64,000 nucleotides of DNA from Haliotis cracherodii. Its lineage: Eukaryota. A program made the position numbers and the translations under genes. Under the pieces are notes generated by a model. The model worked only from the letters and a program-made list of their open reading frames with translations. It was not told the DNA's origin and searched no databases. Of this stretch, positions 37,601 to 50,923 are shown in pieces (the first letter of the stretch is position 1; each line of letters begins with the position of its first letter). Where the stretch lies: the NCBI RefSeq assembly GCF_022045235.1, contig NW_027266330.1:40486001-40550000 (forward strand). The letters run 5' to 3'.

Positions 37601-38694
37601 CCCTCTCTTCGCTTGCCTCTCCATGTTGTGAAGGGAAGTATTGTAAGTGTTTCTTGTTTCGGGTAACGCGACCTTCCAATACAAAGTAGGTCAGGTAGCC
37701 GGCACGATTATTGTATGGCGCATATAGAAGACAGATGGCACTTGGTTGCCTGAAACAATGACCTTTTTCATTGTGACCTGATTAATTTTTTCCAACAATT
37801 GAGGACAAGGAATAGTTCAATTGAATAAGAAATTATGCAACAACATGTTGGCGGGTAACCGTATCGGCTTAATGTGGGAAAAAAGATCAACGCTATGCAG
37901 GGCTCAGTCGTTTATCCTTTTGGTGAAACCCACGAGAACGGATATGGTGCTGACAAACCAAGGAAATCACGGTGAACTGTGAATTAACGAACCAATGACT
38001 AGCAGATCCTTGCACCAACAAGAGACGTAACTCTCCAGCGCCAATTGCGCTGAACCAGAACTCTGGGTCACATGCTACTTTGTCACACAGATATAAAGAC
38101 ATGATTAAAAATATGCGTCGTCCTTGACCCAAAACAACACAGCGCCCACGAAGCTCTACCACCGTACAGAAGACACACATCACCTTTATCGACGATCTCC
38201 ACTCATAAAAAAAACCTCCAGTGTGAAATTGCATGACAAACTTTGCAGTGAAACACATAATTAGGAGAGTTACATAATTGCAATCTGGTTCCCAAGCACT
38301 CCGTCCATGCGAAAACAGAGGACCCCGCCTGTTACTAGTGGGCTTTCTTCGTGTTGGAACATACAATTGCCTTCTGTTGCTGGCGTGCGGTAGACCATTA
38401 CTGGAATCCGACGTGGTCATGTGAAAGAACGTAAATCTCTGCGCTCCATTTCATCTTCCACAAGAACTGACTGATGCCATGGGCTTCTCGAAGGACAGGG
38501 GGCTAAAGAATGCTTAGTATACCTGTAATCACGCAACAGGGGGAGGGGCTATGACGCCGAACATGGAGAATAGCATCGTCATGATTATAACGGTCTATAA
38601 CACAAGCTGGCCGGTCTTGTGGGGTGACTGTTGTCCGTGACACATGCACAGTCTGACAACACAATCGTCATGGTCATTACTTGGCATTAGCACA

Positions 38695-39180
38695 AACAGT
38701 CAGAACAATGTATGCATACAAATATGTCAGAACATATGTCAGGGTAAGATCCCAGAACATGTGTCGGTGTAAGATCCCAGAACACGTGTCAGTGTAAGAT
38801 CACAGTACAATGCGTCTGTTGGGGATCCAAGAACAATGTGTCAGTGTAAGATCACAGTACAATGCGTCTGTTGGAGATCCCAGAACAATGTGTCAGTGTA
38901 AGATCACAGTACAATGCGTCTGTTGGAGATCCCAGAACAATGTGTCCGTGGGAGATCCAAGAACAATATGTCTGTTTGAGATCCCAGAGCAATGTGTCTG
39001 TTGGAGATCCCAGAACATGTGTCAGTGTAAGATCCCAGAACAATGTGTCTGTTGGAGATTCCAGAACAATGTGTCTGTTGGAGATCCCAGAACAATGTGT
39101 CTGTTGGAGATCCCAGAGCAATGTGTCTGTTGGAGATCCCAGAACAATGTGTCTGTTGGAGATCCAAGAACGATGTGTCA
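38695..39180. repeat. ~26-bp degenerate minisatellite
   Basis: Unit gagatcccagaacaatgtgtctgttg alternating with gtgtcagtgtaagatc variants. Confidence 0.9.
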
Positions 39181-41104
39181 ATATAAAGATCGAGGTGGCA
39201 TGTTCCGTGTCAATTGGTCGAGCCCGGTATACACTTCAGCAGTACAGCTAATGTGGGATTATCCACTTGCTAAGCGAGGTAATGCTGCGATAACCTGCCA
39301 CAATCATCCTACAATGTAATGGTCAGTTCTCCGCGGCCATGCGCTGGCTACTACAGTCTAACCAAAGACTCTATCTGGGCTAATGAGAACAGTTCACGCC
39401 AGTAACTCCAACCCACTGAAGCCTCTAAGACTACAATCAATAAGACAGTGTGATTGGTATAGATCAGTCTACAGGGGCGACCCCTCGTAGCCTTCCTCTA
39501 CAACAAGCTTCTCAAACTAGGGACTTACTGGGATTCAAATAGAACGGGAAAATCGATGTCATGACCGATATGTGTTCACATAAAAAACAGCGTATATTTA
39601 GTAGGTAACCAATGCAAACGTGAATGAGTCTTAAGTGAGCGGATACACCAAGGTAAAGAAGGCTTAATATCATAAATCAGGAAAACAACTTTTGATCAGC
39701 AGCTGACCACACAACACCAGCTGAACACTACACGCACGCCACAACACACACAGGTGAAAAGTGCATCATCTCGAAGTTAGCAGTCCGTCTTGGGGCCGGT
39801 CATGCTTCAGACAATTCTCAGGCCACAGCCAAAACCAAATGTTAATAATGTACCCCCATTAGTATGGCTGTTTGACCCGATGTGGTGGAATGTTACACAA
39901 GACGTTAGCGAGTAATGTGTAATCAATGTAACTTGCGAGGCAACCGCTCGGTTAATATGCAGATACCTCATATGATATAATAGGATTTTAGTGGTAAGGA
40001 AATCGTTTCACAAACTTTTTCAAAATCTTCTCAACTCGACATTACCTCATCTGATACAATATTCGTGAGAACCTTTGAAGACAAATGTTTACACACGTGA
40101 TTTCACTATTTAATGGGACATTAATTCAATGACAGCTTCAATCAGAGCACTTTCAACTAAGATAATTAACTACCTTGACTAAATGTACCCAAGATACCAC
40201 TTATGTATACACATATGTATCTTAAACTTCTGTTTCTCTCTATATTACACTCGATGGGAACATCAAGACGTTTATGGTATAGATTCCTCACAACACATTG
40301 AATAATGATGTATGCAGGTCAAAACATGATTAAATTTCTAGCTAGTTTAGCCCTGCACTAAATATTTCCCTGTGGTATTGAAACTAATTGACGGAAGTTT
40401 AACGTCGCCTTCAGCAGCAATATCACAAACCAAGAATGATGTAATTAGGGCGATCAGGGCCACACAATCACCCACTCCCCAAAGCTGCGACAGCTTACAG
40501 CTTGAATAAAATACCATGTAGAGTAGTGTAAGGGCAGTACGTAGTTAAGCGGCCTGTAGCTGATGGAGATATCACCTAGTGCCAAAAAGTTCATTCTTAC
40601 AAAATATAGAACAGGCAACTTTAGCGAAGTAGATTTATTTACTCTAAACATTTTACATTAAAAAAAAATAATTCAATAGCATGGATTATCTACATTACAA
40701 AACATGTTTAAATTAAATCATGAAATATTTCTAAGTCACGGAAGGTGACAAACACAGTTAAACACGTTCAGATGAAAACACTCATATTCCAAGTTTTAGA
40801 TAAACCAAAATGGCGCTCTCCGTCATTCACCAAAGTGCTAACAAAACACTTCCTCGCCTTCAGGGCAGGGAAGAATAAACCATTCCTTAAGGCAAAAGAC
40901 TACCCGAAGCAGAACAGTCGTCCTGGTCCATAGTCCATCACATCCTCTCTAAGCTATCCCACGCCTAGATAACTGTCACAACAACTTCATTCACAGGGTG
41001 TTTTTTGGTGTTTCACAAGATATTTTCACACCCTGAAGTCCTAATTAGAGACTCCAACGTCGTATCTTGTTTTAGGTCTTACAACATCATAAACATCTAG
41101 CTCC

Positions 41105-41330
41105 ATTATATACTTGTACTATGTGCTGTTATTTCGCATCATATACAGACATATTGTGCAACTTTATCGCATCATATACTGGTACTATGTGCTGTTATGT
41201 CGCACCATATACTGGTACTATGTGCTGTTATGTCGTATCATATACTGGTAATATGTGCTGCTATATCGCATCATATATTGGTACTATTGTCTGTTATATC
41301 GCATCATATAATAGTATTATTAACTGCTCT
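41105..41330. repeat. 33-bp degenerate minisatellite
   Basis: Unit tgtgctgttat(g/a)tcgcatcatatactggtacta. Confidence 0.8.
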
Positions 41331-42684
41331 ACTCGCATATCTAAATTGGTATTGCTACATCGCATTGCATACTCGTTCCTGGCATCCTGTAGTCCTGCCC
41401 CGCATCATATGTATTCAAACCTCGCGTGTACAGTTCAGATATCTACATGCAGTTTGTATCTAGGCTCCCTCCCCCGGGCAGCTGGCTACATAGGACATCA
41501 GTACATGTATACACATTCAATGTATATTTAAACGTCAGTGATAATTCTTATGCTTATCTGACTAAGGAATTTAATTCCACAAATGAGATCGATTAGTTGG
41601 GTTTTACAGAATGTGTACCTATGCCACAACCCACAGAACTATACAATAATGTTCGGCCAGTACAGGCACATCACACTCTGTTCCCGTTGGTCTGACAATT
41701 CACTACCAGCTGTATCCAGATGTACAAATCAATATAACTACAGGTAACATCTAAGGTACAGGCGAAAATATGTGAAACTGACCCTCATTCACACAGACGT
41801 TCCCGTTCACACGCCCTGATGTTTCGCAGTCGCTCATTGAAAGACGGGGCTCGCATCCGTGACTGCCATTAGCTCTGCTTACCTTTGTGTGAGAACATTC
41901 CTCGATACAGAAAAACACCAGGACCGACGAGGTGAGATTTTCACTTCGTCCTTCGTCTACGAGATTAAAACACTCAAACAATTACTAACGAACAGCAAAT
42001 ATCATCTCTCCTTAAACATAACATGGCCAGTTTGTGACGAGGCTTCTCATCCACAACACACAGGGTTATTACTTAGCCATCGACACACAGCTGACATCAG
42101 TGTTTATGTTGTTGGGGTCAAAGGTCACTATACCACGTGACCGAATGTTTTCATTCAGTTTAGAGCCCTTTCGTTAATTTACTCAAATCTCTGCACGTTT
42201 CGGAACGTCATAAAATCATTTGATAAGCATGGATTATGCAGTGACGGCCGGTTAATGAGCCGTTGTGCACCCTGCCCCTTTGTTGTTCGCTGTTGGAGAG
42301 GTGCCAGCTATATTGGAGATTGACGTCATCACACCAAATGATTCAAAGGGACGTTACTCTAGTAAGGCAATTCTGATCTTCGATAAACTGCTTATATCTG
42401 GGGTGGGGGACAAGCTCATAAGACTACAATATCTAGGTCTACTTGACATATAGGAGTGTCTGTTACAATTTCTTAATCTCCTCTTTAGGTCATGAAATGT
42501 ATTTATAATGAATAAATACCATACTCAAAGAAAGTATGATCATATTCATGTTATCAGTGAGATGTAGAATAGACACACGCAAAGCTAAAATCAACTCTCT
42601 TTTGTTTTGGAAGATATGAAATGTCTGTGTGTTTTATTTGAACTGACTACTGGCCAAACGGACTTTCTTCAGATTTCTTTCGTA

Positions 42685-43558
42685 AAAACTGGAATTTAAA
42701 TTCGGATTCTGCCAAGCATATTTGTCTTAACACGGTTAGGTTTAGACTAACATCTAGTTTCTGAAATGTTATATTACACAATATCCTTCTTGACTCTAAA
42801 AATTAATTTTTTTCCCCATGCTGATTTCTGATGTGGAATAGAGCTAGCTCGAGCTGGCTAGACTTGCTTTTGTATGCGTTTCTAGATTTTATTTTTTCAT
42901 AAAATAAATATATTCCACGGTCATGGTGCAGGACTAGGTTAGGTTTTGAGGAAATATAATTCCCTATGCATTAGGGACGCCCAGGGGTTTGGACGGGAAC
43001 AAACCAGAGACCATATATATTACATGTTCTCCGGAACAAACTGAGTTGTGGTGTTTTTACCCAAATACGCATTGCAGCGACATCAAACTCCAAATTGTTT
43101 ATTGTGTGTATAGTCTGATCAAAACTGGAATTTAAATTCGAATTCTGCCAAGCATATTTGTCTTAAAACGGTTAGGTTTAGACTAACATTTAGTTTCTGA
43201 AATTTTATATTACACAATATCCTTCTTGACTCTAAAAAATATTATTTTTCCCCATGCTGATTTCTGATGTGGAATAGAGCTAGCTTGAGCTGGCTAGACT
43301 TGCTTTTGTATGCGTTTCTAGATTTTATTTTTTCATAAAATAAATATATTCCACGGTCATGGTGCAGGACTAGGTTAGGTTTTGAGGAAATATAATTCCC
43401 TATGCATTAGGGACGCCCAGGGGTTTGGACGGGAACAAACCAGAGACCATATATATTACATGTTCTCCGGAACAAACTGAGTTGTGGTGTTTTTACCCAA
43501 ATACGCATTGCAGCGACATCAAACTCCAAATTGTTTATTGTGTGTATAGTCTGATCAA
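42685..43558. repeat. Near-perfect 436-bp tandem duplication
   Basis: aaaactggaatttaaattcg starts at 42685 and 43121. Both copies end with tagtctgatc and differ by few substitutions. Confidence 0.93.
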
Positions 43559-44393
43559 ATAGTCAAGCCGTATCCATGTGTAGTCATCCATGAATTAATA
43601 TGATCACGGTTAATTTTCCCTTTTTGTATAATTGCATGTGCAACAGTATGGAAAGAACCAATGGAATGTGTTTAGAGGGATGTCTTCAGGTTTAGATAAT
43701 CCATCCTGAACCCTTCTTGAACACAGAAGTAACGCAGCAGTTCCCTACACAGGCAGGACTGGAGAGTGCATGTCGCTATTCCACCAGGGCCATTACCCCG
43801 GACACGAGTATCTGTGAGCACGGTGCGCGTTAACGACGTAGTTACCTCCGGCGTGACTGTGTCTCATCCAGCGCGGACTTTAACCCCGTCACTGTATCTG
43901 CGTGACACGGCCGACACACGGAAATGCCGTCTTGTTCAGAGAGACTAGACACTTGTGTCCCACTTGGACGGTTCGTGAACAACTTGACACAAGATCCCAT
44001 TTACACTGAACTTTAAATACTAAAAAAATATGGATTATCCGATTATCCGTATACGTGGACCGTAAGTTTCAACCTAGGAACCTGTAAAGGTCATAATAGC
44101 CATAAGGAAATATCTTCTTCCGAATCAAATAATTGTCACGTGCAGGAAACTACCAAACGTCCTTTATCCCGAGTTTTCGGTGACAAATGTCAAAAGTAAC
44201 ACAAAACATGGGGGTGGTGTAATGGTGGTTAGATTGCCATGGGGGGGTAAGGCATTCAACGCTCAATTTACAAGGAAATCGGAGAAAGCGATCCTGGTGT
44301 TTAGAACCTATAATCTTTGAAAACGGGAGACTTGAATGGGTTTACAAAGGCATACCGCAAATCTAAGGGTAGTAGATTGTCGGATTATTACAG

Positions 44394-44543
44394 TAAATGA
44401 CTTGGGTTTTACGCCGATTCCAGGAATATTCCACCAATATCCTTCCGTGGGACACGAGAAACACTGTACCTCTGTAGGGAATCGAACCCGGGCTTTGGAC
44501 GTGACGAGCGAACGCTTTAACCACTAGGCTACCCCACCGCCCC
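44394..44543 (-). mobile_element. tRNA-derived SINE, same family as 1409-1566
   Basis: Minus strand GGGGCGGTGGGGTAGCCTAGTGGTTAAAGCGTTCGCTCGTCAC...GGTTCGATTCCC. TSD tcggat(t/c)attacag at 44380-44393 and 44544-44557. Confidence 0.9.
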
Positions 44544-44827
44544 TCGGATCATTACAGATTGATAACGTGTAGGTACATTTTGTTCGGAACTGCAACTGGT
44601 GTTTACATTAGGCTTGTTAGTTTTGTCAACAAGACACGCTGTCCGCAGTAAAATCCGTCATTTCAATATAGCAAAACCTGTAGCGTGTCGCCACCTACCG
44701 GGGTACGTATGAACAATCTTACATTAAGTACGTACATTAATTAGTTTACAATCATTGGACCTACATATATCAATGTAATTGTTGTGCCAAGTCCCACGTA
44801 CTTGTCGACAACAACAGCTGCACTGCC

Positions 44828-46411
44828 AGAATCAGCCTATATTTGAACAATTTGACAGCACACAGGGAATCAGCCTATATTTGAACCATTTGACATCACA
44901 GAGGGAATCAGCCTATGTTGGTGGACCATTTGACAACACACAGAGAATCAGCCTATGTTGGTGGACCATTTGAAAACCCAAAGGGAATCAGCCTATGTTG
45001 GTGGACCATTTGAAAACCAAAAGGGAATCAGCCTATGTTGGTGGACCATTTGACATCACAGAGGGAATCAGCCTATGTTGGTGGACCATATGACATCAAA
45101 GAGGGAATCAGCCTATGTTGGTGGACCATTTGACAGAACAGAGGGAATCAGCCTATGTTGGTGGACCATTTGACATCACAAAGGGAATCAGCCTATGTTG
45201 GTGGACCATTTGACAGCACAGAGGGAATCAGCCGATGTTGGTGGACCATTAGACATCACAAAGGGAATCAGCCTATGTTGGTGGACCATTTGACAGCACA
45301 GAGGGAATCAGCCTATGTTGGTGGACCATTTGACATCACAGAGGGAATCAGCCTATGTTGGTGGACCATATGACATCAAAGAGGGAATCAGCCTATGTTG
45401 GTGGACCATTTGACATCACAGAGGGAATCAGCCTATATTTGAACCATTTGACAGCACAGAGGGAATCAGCCTATGTTGGTGGACCATGTGACATCACAAA
45501 GGGAATCAGCCTATGTTGGTGGACCATTTGACATCACAGGGGGAATCAGCCTATGTTGGTGGACCATGTGACATCACAGAGGGAATCAGCCTATATTTGA
45601 AAATTTTTACATCACAGAGGAAATCAGCCCATGTTGGTGGACTATTAGACATCACAGAGGGAATCAGTCTATGTTGGTGGACCATGTGACATCAAAGAGG
45701 GAATCAGCCTATATTTGAACCATTTGACAGCACAGAGGGAATCAGCCGATGTTGGTGGACCATTAGACATCACAAAGGGACATCAGCCTATGTTGGTGGA
45801 CCATTTGATATCACAGAGGGAATCAGCCTATGTTGGTGGACCATTAGACATCAAAGAGGGAATCAGCCGATGTTGGTGGACCATTTGACAGCACAGAGGG
45901 AATCAGCCTATATTTGAACCATTTGACAGCACAGAGGGAATCAGCCGATGTTGGTGGACCATTAGACATCACAAAGGGACATCAGCCTATATTTGAACCA
46001 TTAGACATCACAGAGGGAATCAGCCTATGTTGGTGGACCATTTGACATCACAGAGGGAATCAGCCTATGTTGGTGGACCATGTGACATCACAGAGGGAAT
46101 CAGCCTATATTTGAACAATTTTACATCACAGAGAAAATCAGCCCATGTTGGTGGACCATTAGACATCACAGAGGGAATCAGTCTATGTTGGTGGACCATT
46201 TGACAGCACAGAGGGAATCAGCCTATGTTGGTGGACCATTTGACATCACAAAGCGAATCAGCCTGTGTTGGAGGACCAGTTGACAGCACAGAGGGAATCA
46301 GCCTATGTTGATGGATCATTTGACATTACAGAGGGAATCAGCCTATGTTGGTGGACCATTTGACAGCACAGAGGGAATCAGCCTATGTTGGTGGACCATT
46401 TGACAGCACAG
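44828..46411. repeat. 40-bp minisatellite with a 38-bp variant, ~40 copies
   Basis: Unit gagggaatcagcctatgttggtggaccatttgacatcaca; variant contains cctatatttgaacc. Confidence 0.96.
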
Positions 46412-49269
46412 GTTGAAGCTGTCATTAGAATCCTGACATCAAAATCAAAAGAGATGTTAAGGTAAATTACATTAAAGGCTGTCAAAATCCTAGGAAAAGT
46501 AATCCTTATCGGCATCGTTCATGAAATGAATCGTTAATGATATTGCAAAATCAAGTAAGGCTGCAGAATTTAGCAACTTTGCAGTTGAATTTTCACGCCA
46601 CTTAATTTAGCACTTCAACAACATCACAGCGATATCTCGATGACCGGTTTTACAAGCCGAACCACGATGCCGCGGACTGTGGGACTGACGTGATGAGAGA
46701 TCCTGAAGGCAAACATCTGTTATCACACCAACCACTAATCCACTTACTACGAGACTGTATCGTTCTAAGAGTCCACGGAAAGGACAGTGGAAGTGGCCTT
46801 TACAGGGGACTGGCGGCAACATGACCACTGGCCACTACAGTTAATTGTGGCCCTGCACTCACGACCGATGTATACAGCGACCTCTGGGCTGTGCTCAGAA
46901 GACAAGAGACATCACATCTGAGACATAACTAAATCAAACGTCTTGTCTGCTACGGGGGTTTAGGGGATTAGTGGTACAAAGAACAGCGGTTATCTAACAT
47001 CTGACAAGCACCGCCACACAACCTGTTACAGCATGACGTACACAAGATCATTCGTTACCAATTCGTGTTATTCCAGGACAAGCCAAATAGCGACTCGTGC
47101 CCCTCTCATAGAATTGTTTGCGACTGGGTTCCGTCTAAGCGCAAACGGTCATACCTAAAAAAATTGATTCACGTATATTCCCCCCATTTGTCAGATATAC
47201 TCAAATGCTATTTAATAAATATCGGGACTTACAGTCGTATACAGTATGATTGATTACATTTGACTGCATCTTGGGTAATTTCTTATGCAAGACATATGTA
47301 AAATCAAAAATATATTCCGGAGGGATTCTTTGACGAAGTACTTGAAGTCATACTCGCAGTCTGATTGGTTTGTCGTATTTTTGCACATAACATTCATCGA
47401 TAGGGGGATGAGTCTTCTTGCGGGTTACGGAAAGGGGCGAGTGGTGACGAATGAGGGGGCGTCTTCTTGCAGGTTCAGCTGTGCCAGTTCACAAAGCGGT
47501 TCTTACAATGACCTATCAAGAGAGTGAGTGAGTTGGGCAAATCGCCCCAACACTATTTGAGTAGTTTGTGTTATGTGGCTGATATGACGGCGCCTCAGCT
47601 TAATAAGGGAAGACACTTTCCACAAGTGACACAGGTCGTAGACTTAAAACTTTTTATGCAGGTCTCGTGAACATGGGTGAGGTGCGGACATATACCAAAG
47701 AAAATAATTAGGAGACTGGAATACGAACCCCTACTCATGTCAAAACAAGTCTTACTGTATCACCATATCCTGAGAGTTTCCCTCATGTTTACCTTCTCGA
47801 TTTTAGTTATGGAGTGGTCCCTAAATGGTAGAATATTTTGTCCCCAATTATCCTCAAAGCTAAATGTCAGTACCTGGAGTAAACAAGGCGAATCTTTTCA
47901 TAAATGTATTGAAAATATGGAGACAGACGACACGTCTATATGCCAGACCTTATCTGCCAGGGGTCTCGAAAAAATAACGACCTCGTCTGAACATTTCCAT
48001 TAAAAATTTCCATAACCGATTCCTCTTATCAGAAAGGGTTGTAGACTACTAGGTCAGATATAGGTGACATTGTCCGCAGACGGTGAGCGTGCGTGCAGGG
48101 GCCACTGTCCGATCGGACACTGACCATTGGTTCAGTGGAAGTTTGTTTACTGTTTAAAGTTACCACACGTGTTTCTTCCAGTAATTACGCCATGCTAGGT
48201 ACCCGCCTACTGTCCATGCCTATGGGTGATTAGAACATGTGTCCCGGCCAGGCTTAATTATTTACATATACATTGAGCATGTACACAAAGCATTGAGCAT
48301 GTACACAAAGCATGGAGCGTCTGACGGTGTAAATGTTTGTATGAACGTTTGGTATGCTCGAGTTTATGCAAGGAAACACTAGGAGATATATAAAACACAG
48401 ATAAAAGGGTGTCTTTCAGGCCACAGTTACGCGTGGTATTGTACTTGTTAAGACGTGTTTTATCTTGTAAAACAAACGTACACATAACACCATAATAAAC
48501 TAGTATTGTTTGTTTCATCTACAGTCACAGATAAAGATGTACTCTTGCTGGACACGGGGCAAAACATCACATGTGAAGGAATCCATTGACCCCTGCCGCC
48601 AGCGCTTCGTCATACCAAACGAGGCTTACATCGTGCTATTTTAGCGTAACTCGTGTTTTCTATACATATATCCTAACTCATAGTTTCAAAAACGATGGAG
48701 TGCGCCACAATGAAATTCCGCTGTGACGTATTAAATTCACCTATTTTGGGTCTTCCAGCCTTAAGGTATCGCTACATCTCCCTCTAAGTATATATTTCTT
48801 GCAGCAATATGACGGATTCAGCAAAGGAATGTGTTCCCGTGTGGTCCATCAAAGTGAGCCACTGTTCTTCCTTACTGCTGGAAGACCTAGCTGTGATCTC
48901 AGAACCATGCACCAATCTTACAGATGTAAGTCAATGTGTGACTTACCGGGCCCGTACGATGACACCCAGGGGAGGTAATTGACAGCCATTACATCATGTG
49001 ATCGTGTTGAGGTTAAAATGGTATATGACGTCACAGTGGCCACGCTGCATGGCCTGACTACAACATACAGCAGGTAAGGCCAGCAGGTCAGGTCAAGCCA
49101 GGGCCGATATCTGACCTGGCAGTGTCACCACGTTCTTGAAGGTCAACAAAAAATATTTTGAAAATAACAATGACAAAAATGTATCTTCGTGAGTTAGAAC
49201 TATTGGAACCGGATATATATTGTAGGCAGATTTTGCAAGGCCCAACGAACAGTTTGCTTTAATAGGCAA

Positions 49270-49700
49270 TGCAATGTCACTCGTTAGACAAGGTCATGGA
49301 ACTCACAAGACAGTGTCTTGAATCTTCATAGACAATATGCTGGATCACAACAGAAAATGTCGTAGAACTGAATAGACAATGTCGTAACTGAATAGGCAAT
49401 GTCCCGGACCTCAATAGACAACGTCCTGGAACTCAATAGACAATGACCTGGAACTCAATAGACAACGTCCTGGAACTCAATACACAATGTCCTGGAGCTC
49501 AATATGCAATGACCTCCAACTCAATAGACAATGACCTGGTACTCAATACACAATATCCTGGAGCTCACTATACAATGACCTGGAACTTAATACACAATGA
49601 CCTTGTTCTCAAGACACAATGTTCTTGAGCTCAATATACAATGTTCTTGAGCCCAATATACAATGACCTGAAACTCAATACACAATGACCTGGACCTCGG
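49270..49700. repeat. ~22-bp degenerate minisatellite
   Basis: Unit ggaactcaata(g/c)acaatg(a/t)cct. Confidence 0.85.
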
Positions 49701-50045
49701 TATGCATCACTTTCAGCTGTGGCAGCTACGACGGTTAGTGACTGCTGTCATGTCTTGTCTTAACAAAAATAACCAACTTGACGCTGTCACTAACAAATAC
49801 ACGGCCTTTAGTATAGAAGGTCCATTACATTCGCAGATTTGAACGCCTCGTTTACATAAGTAAATGTCGACAGGAAATCAATGTGTTGCAAACTAATGCC
49901 GACCACTTGTACGTGATGACATTTAAACTGCTCGCTGTTTAGTGCACCATGAGACTCTAGACCGATTTCCCATGCACCTTATGGGAGACAAACAACCTGG
50001 CACCAGCCCAGCTCAACCGGTAGTAGTTGGCGGGACCATCAGTGC

Positions 50046-50159
50046 TTTGTTTGTTGTGTAACGCCAGCAATATTTCAGCTATATATGACGGCGGTCTGTA
50101 AAATGACGAGTCTGGACCAGATAATCCAGCGATTGATATCATGAGCATAGATCCACGCA
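50046..50159 (-). mobile_element. 3' fragment of the GACCCGTG-type SINE-like family
   Basis: Matches 60359-60480 (gcaatatt.cagctatatgac.gcggtctgtaaa...gagtctgg.ccaga.aatccag), with an (AAAC)n tail. Confidence 0.85.
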
Positions 50160-50187
50160 TAACAGCTGTCGAGGAAGGGGCGAAGAC

Positions 50188-50812
50188 AGGCCCCTATACT
50201 AACAGCTGCAGATAAACTGGTGGATATGGGCCCCTATACTAACAGCTGCAGATAAACTGGTGGATATGGGCCCCTATACTAACAGTTGCAGATAAACTGG
50301 TGGATATGGGCCCCTATACTAACAGTTGCAGATAAACTGGTGGATATGGGCCCCTATACTAACAGTTGCAGATAAACTGGTGGATATGGGCCCCTATACT
50401 AACAGCTGCAGATAAACTGGTGGATATGGGCCCCTATACTAACAGCTGCAGATAAACTGGTGGATATGGGCCCCTATACTAACAGTTGCAGATAAACTGG
50501 TGGATATGGGCCCCTATACTAACAGTTGCAGATAAACTGGTGGATATGGGCCCCTATACTAACAGTTGCAGATAAACTGGTGGATATGGGCCCCTATACT
50601 AACAGTTGCAGATAAACTGGTGGATATGGGCCCCTATACTAACAGTTGCAGATAAACTGGTGGATATGGGCCCCTATACTAACAGCTGCAGATAAACTGG
50701 TGGATATGGGCCCCTATACTAACAGTTGCAGATAAACTGGTGGATATGGGCCCCTATACTAACAGTTACAGATAAACTGGTGCATACGGGCCCCTATACT
50801 AACAGCTGCAGA
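50188..50812. repeat. 40-bp highly homogeneous minisatellite, ~15 copies
   Basis: Unit ggcccctatactaacag(t/c)tgcagataaactggtggatatg. Confidence 0.96.
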
Positions 50813-50923
50813 GAACGGGCGCGACAGGCCATTTTAGTCGAAGGGGTTGTTGAGGAAGGGCACAGGCCTTCAGTGACCGACCATCTGATATTGTGTGGGG
50901 ACTGGTACTTTTCCCCGGAATTC

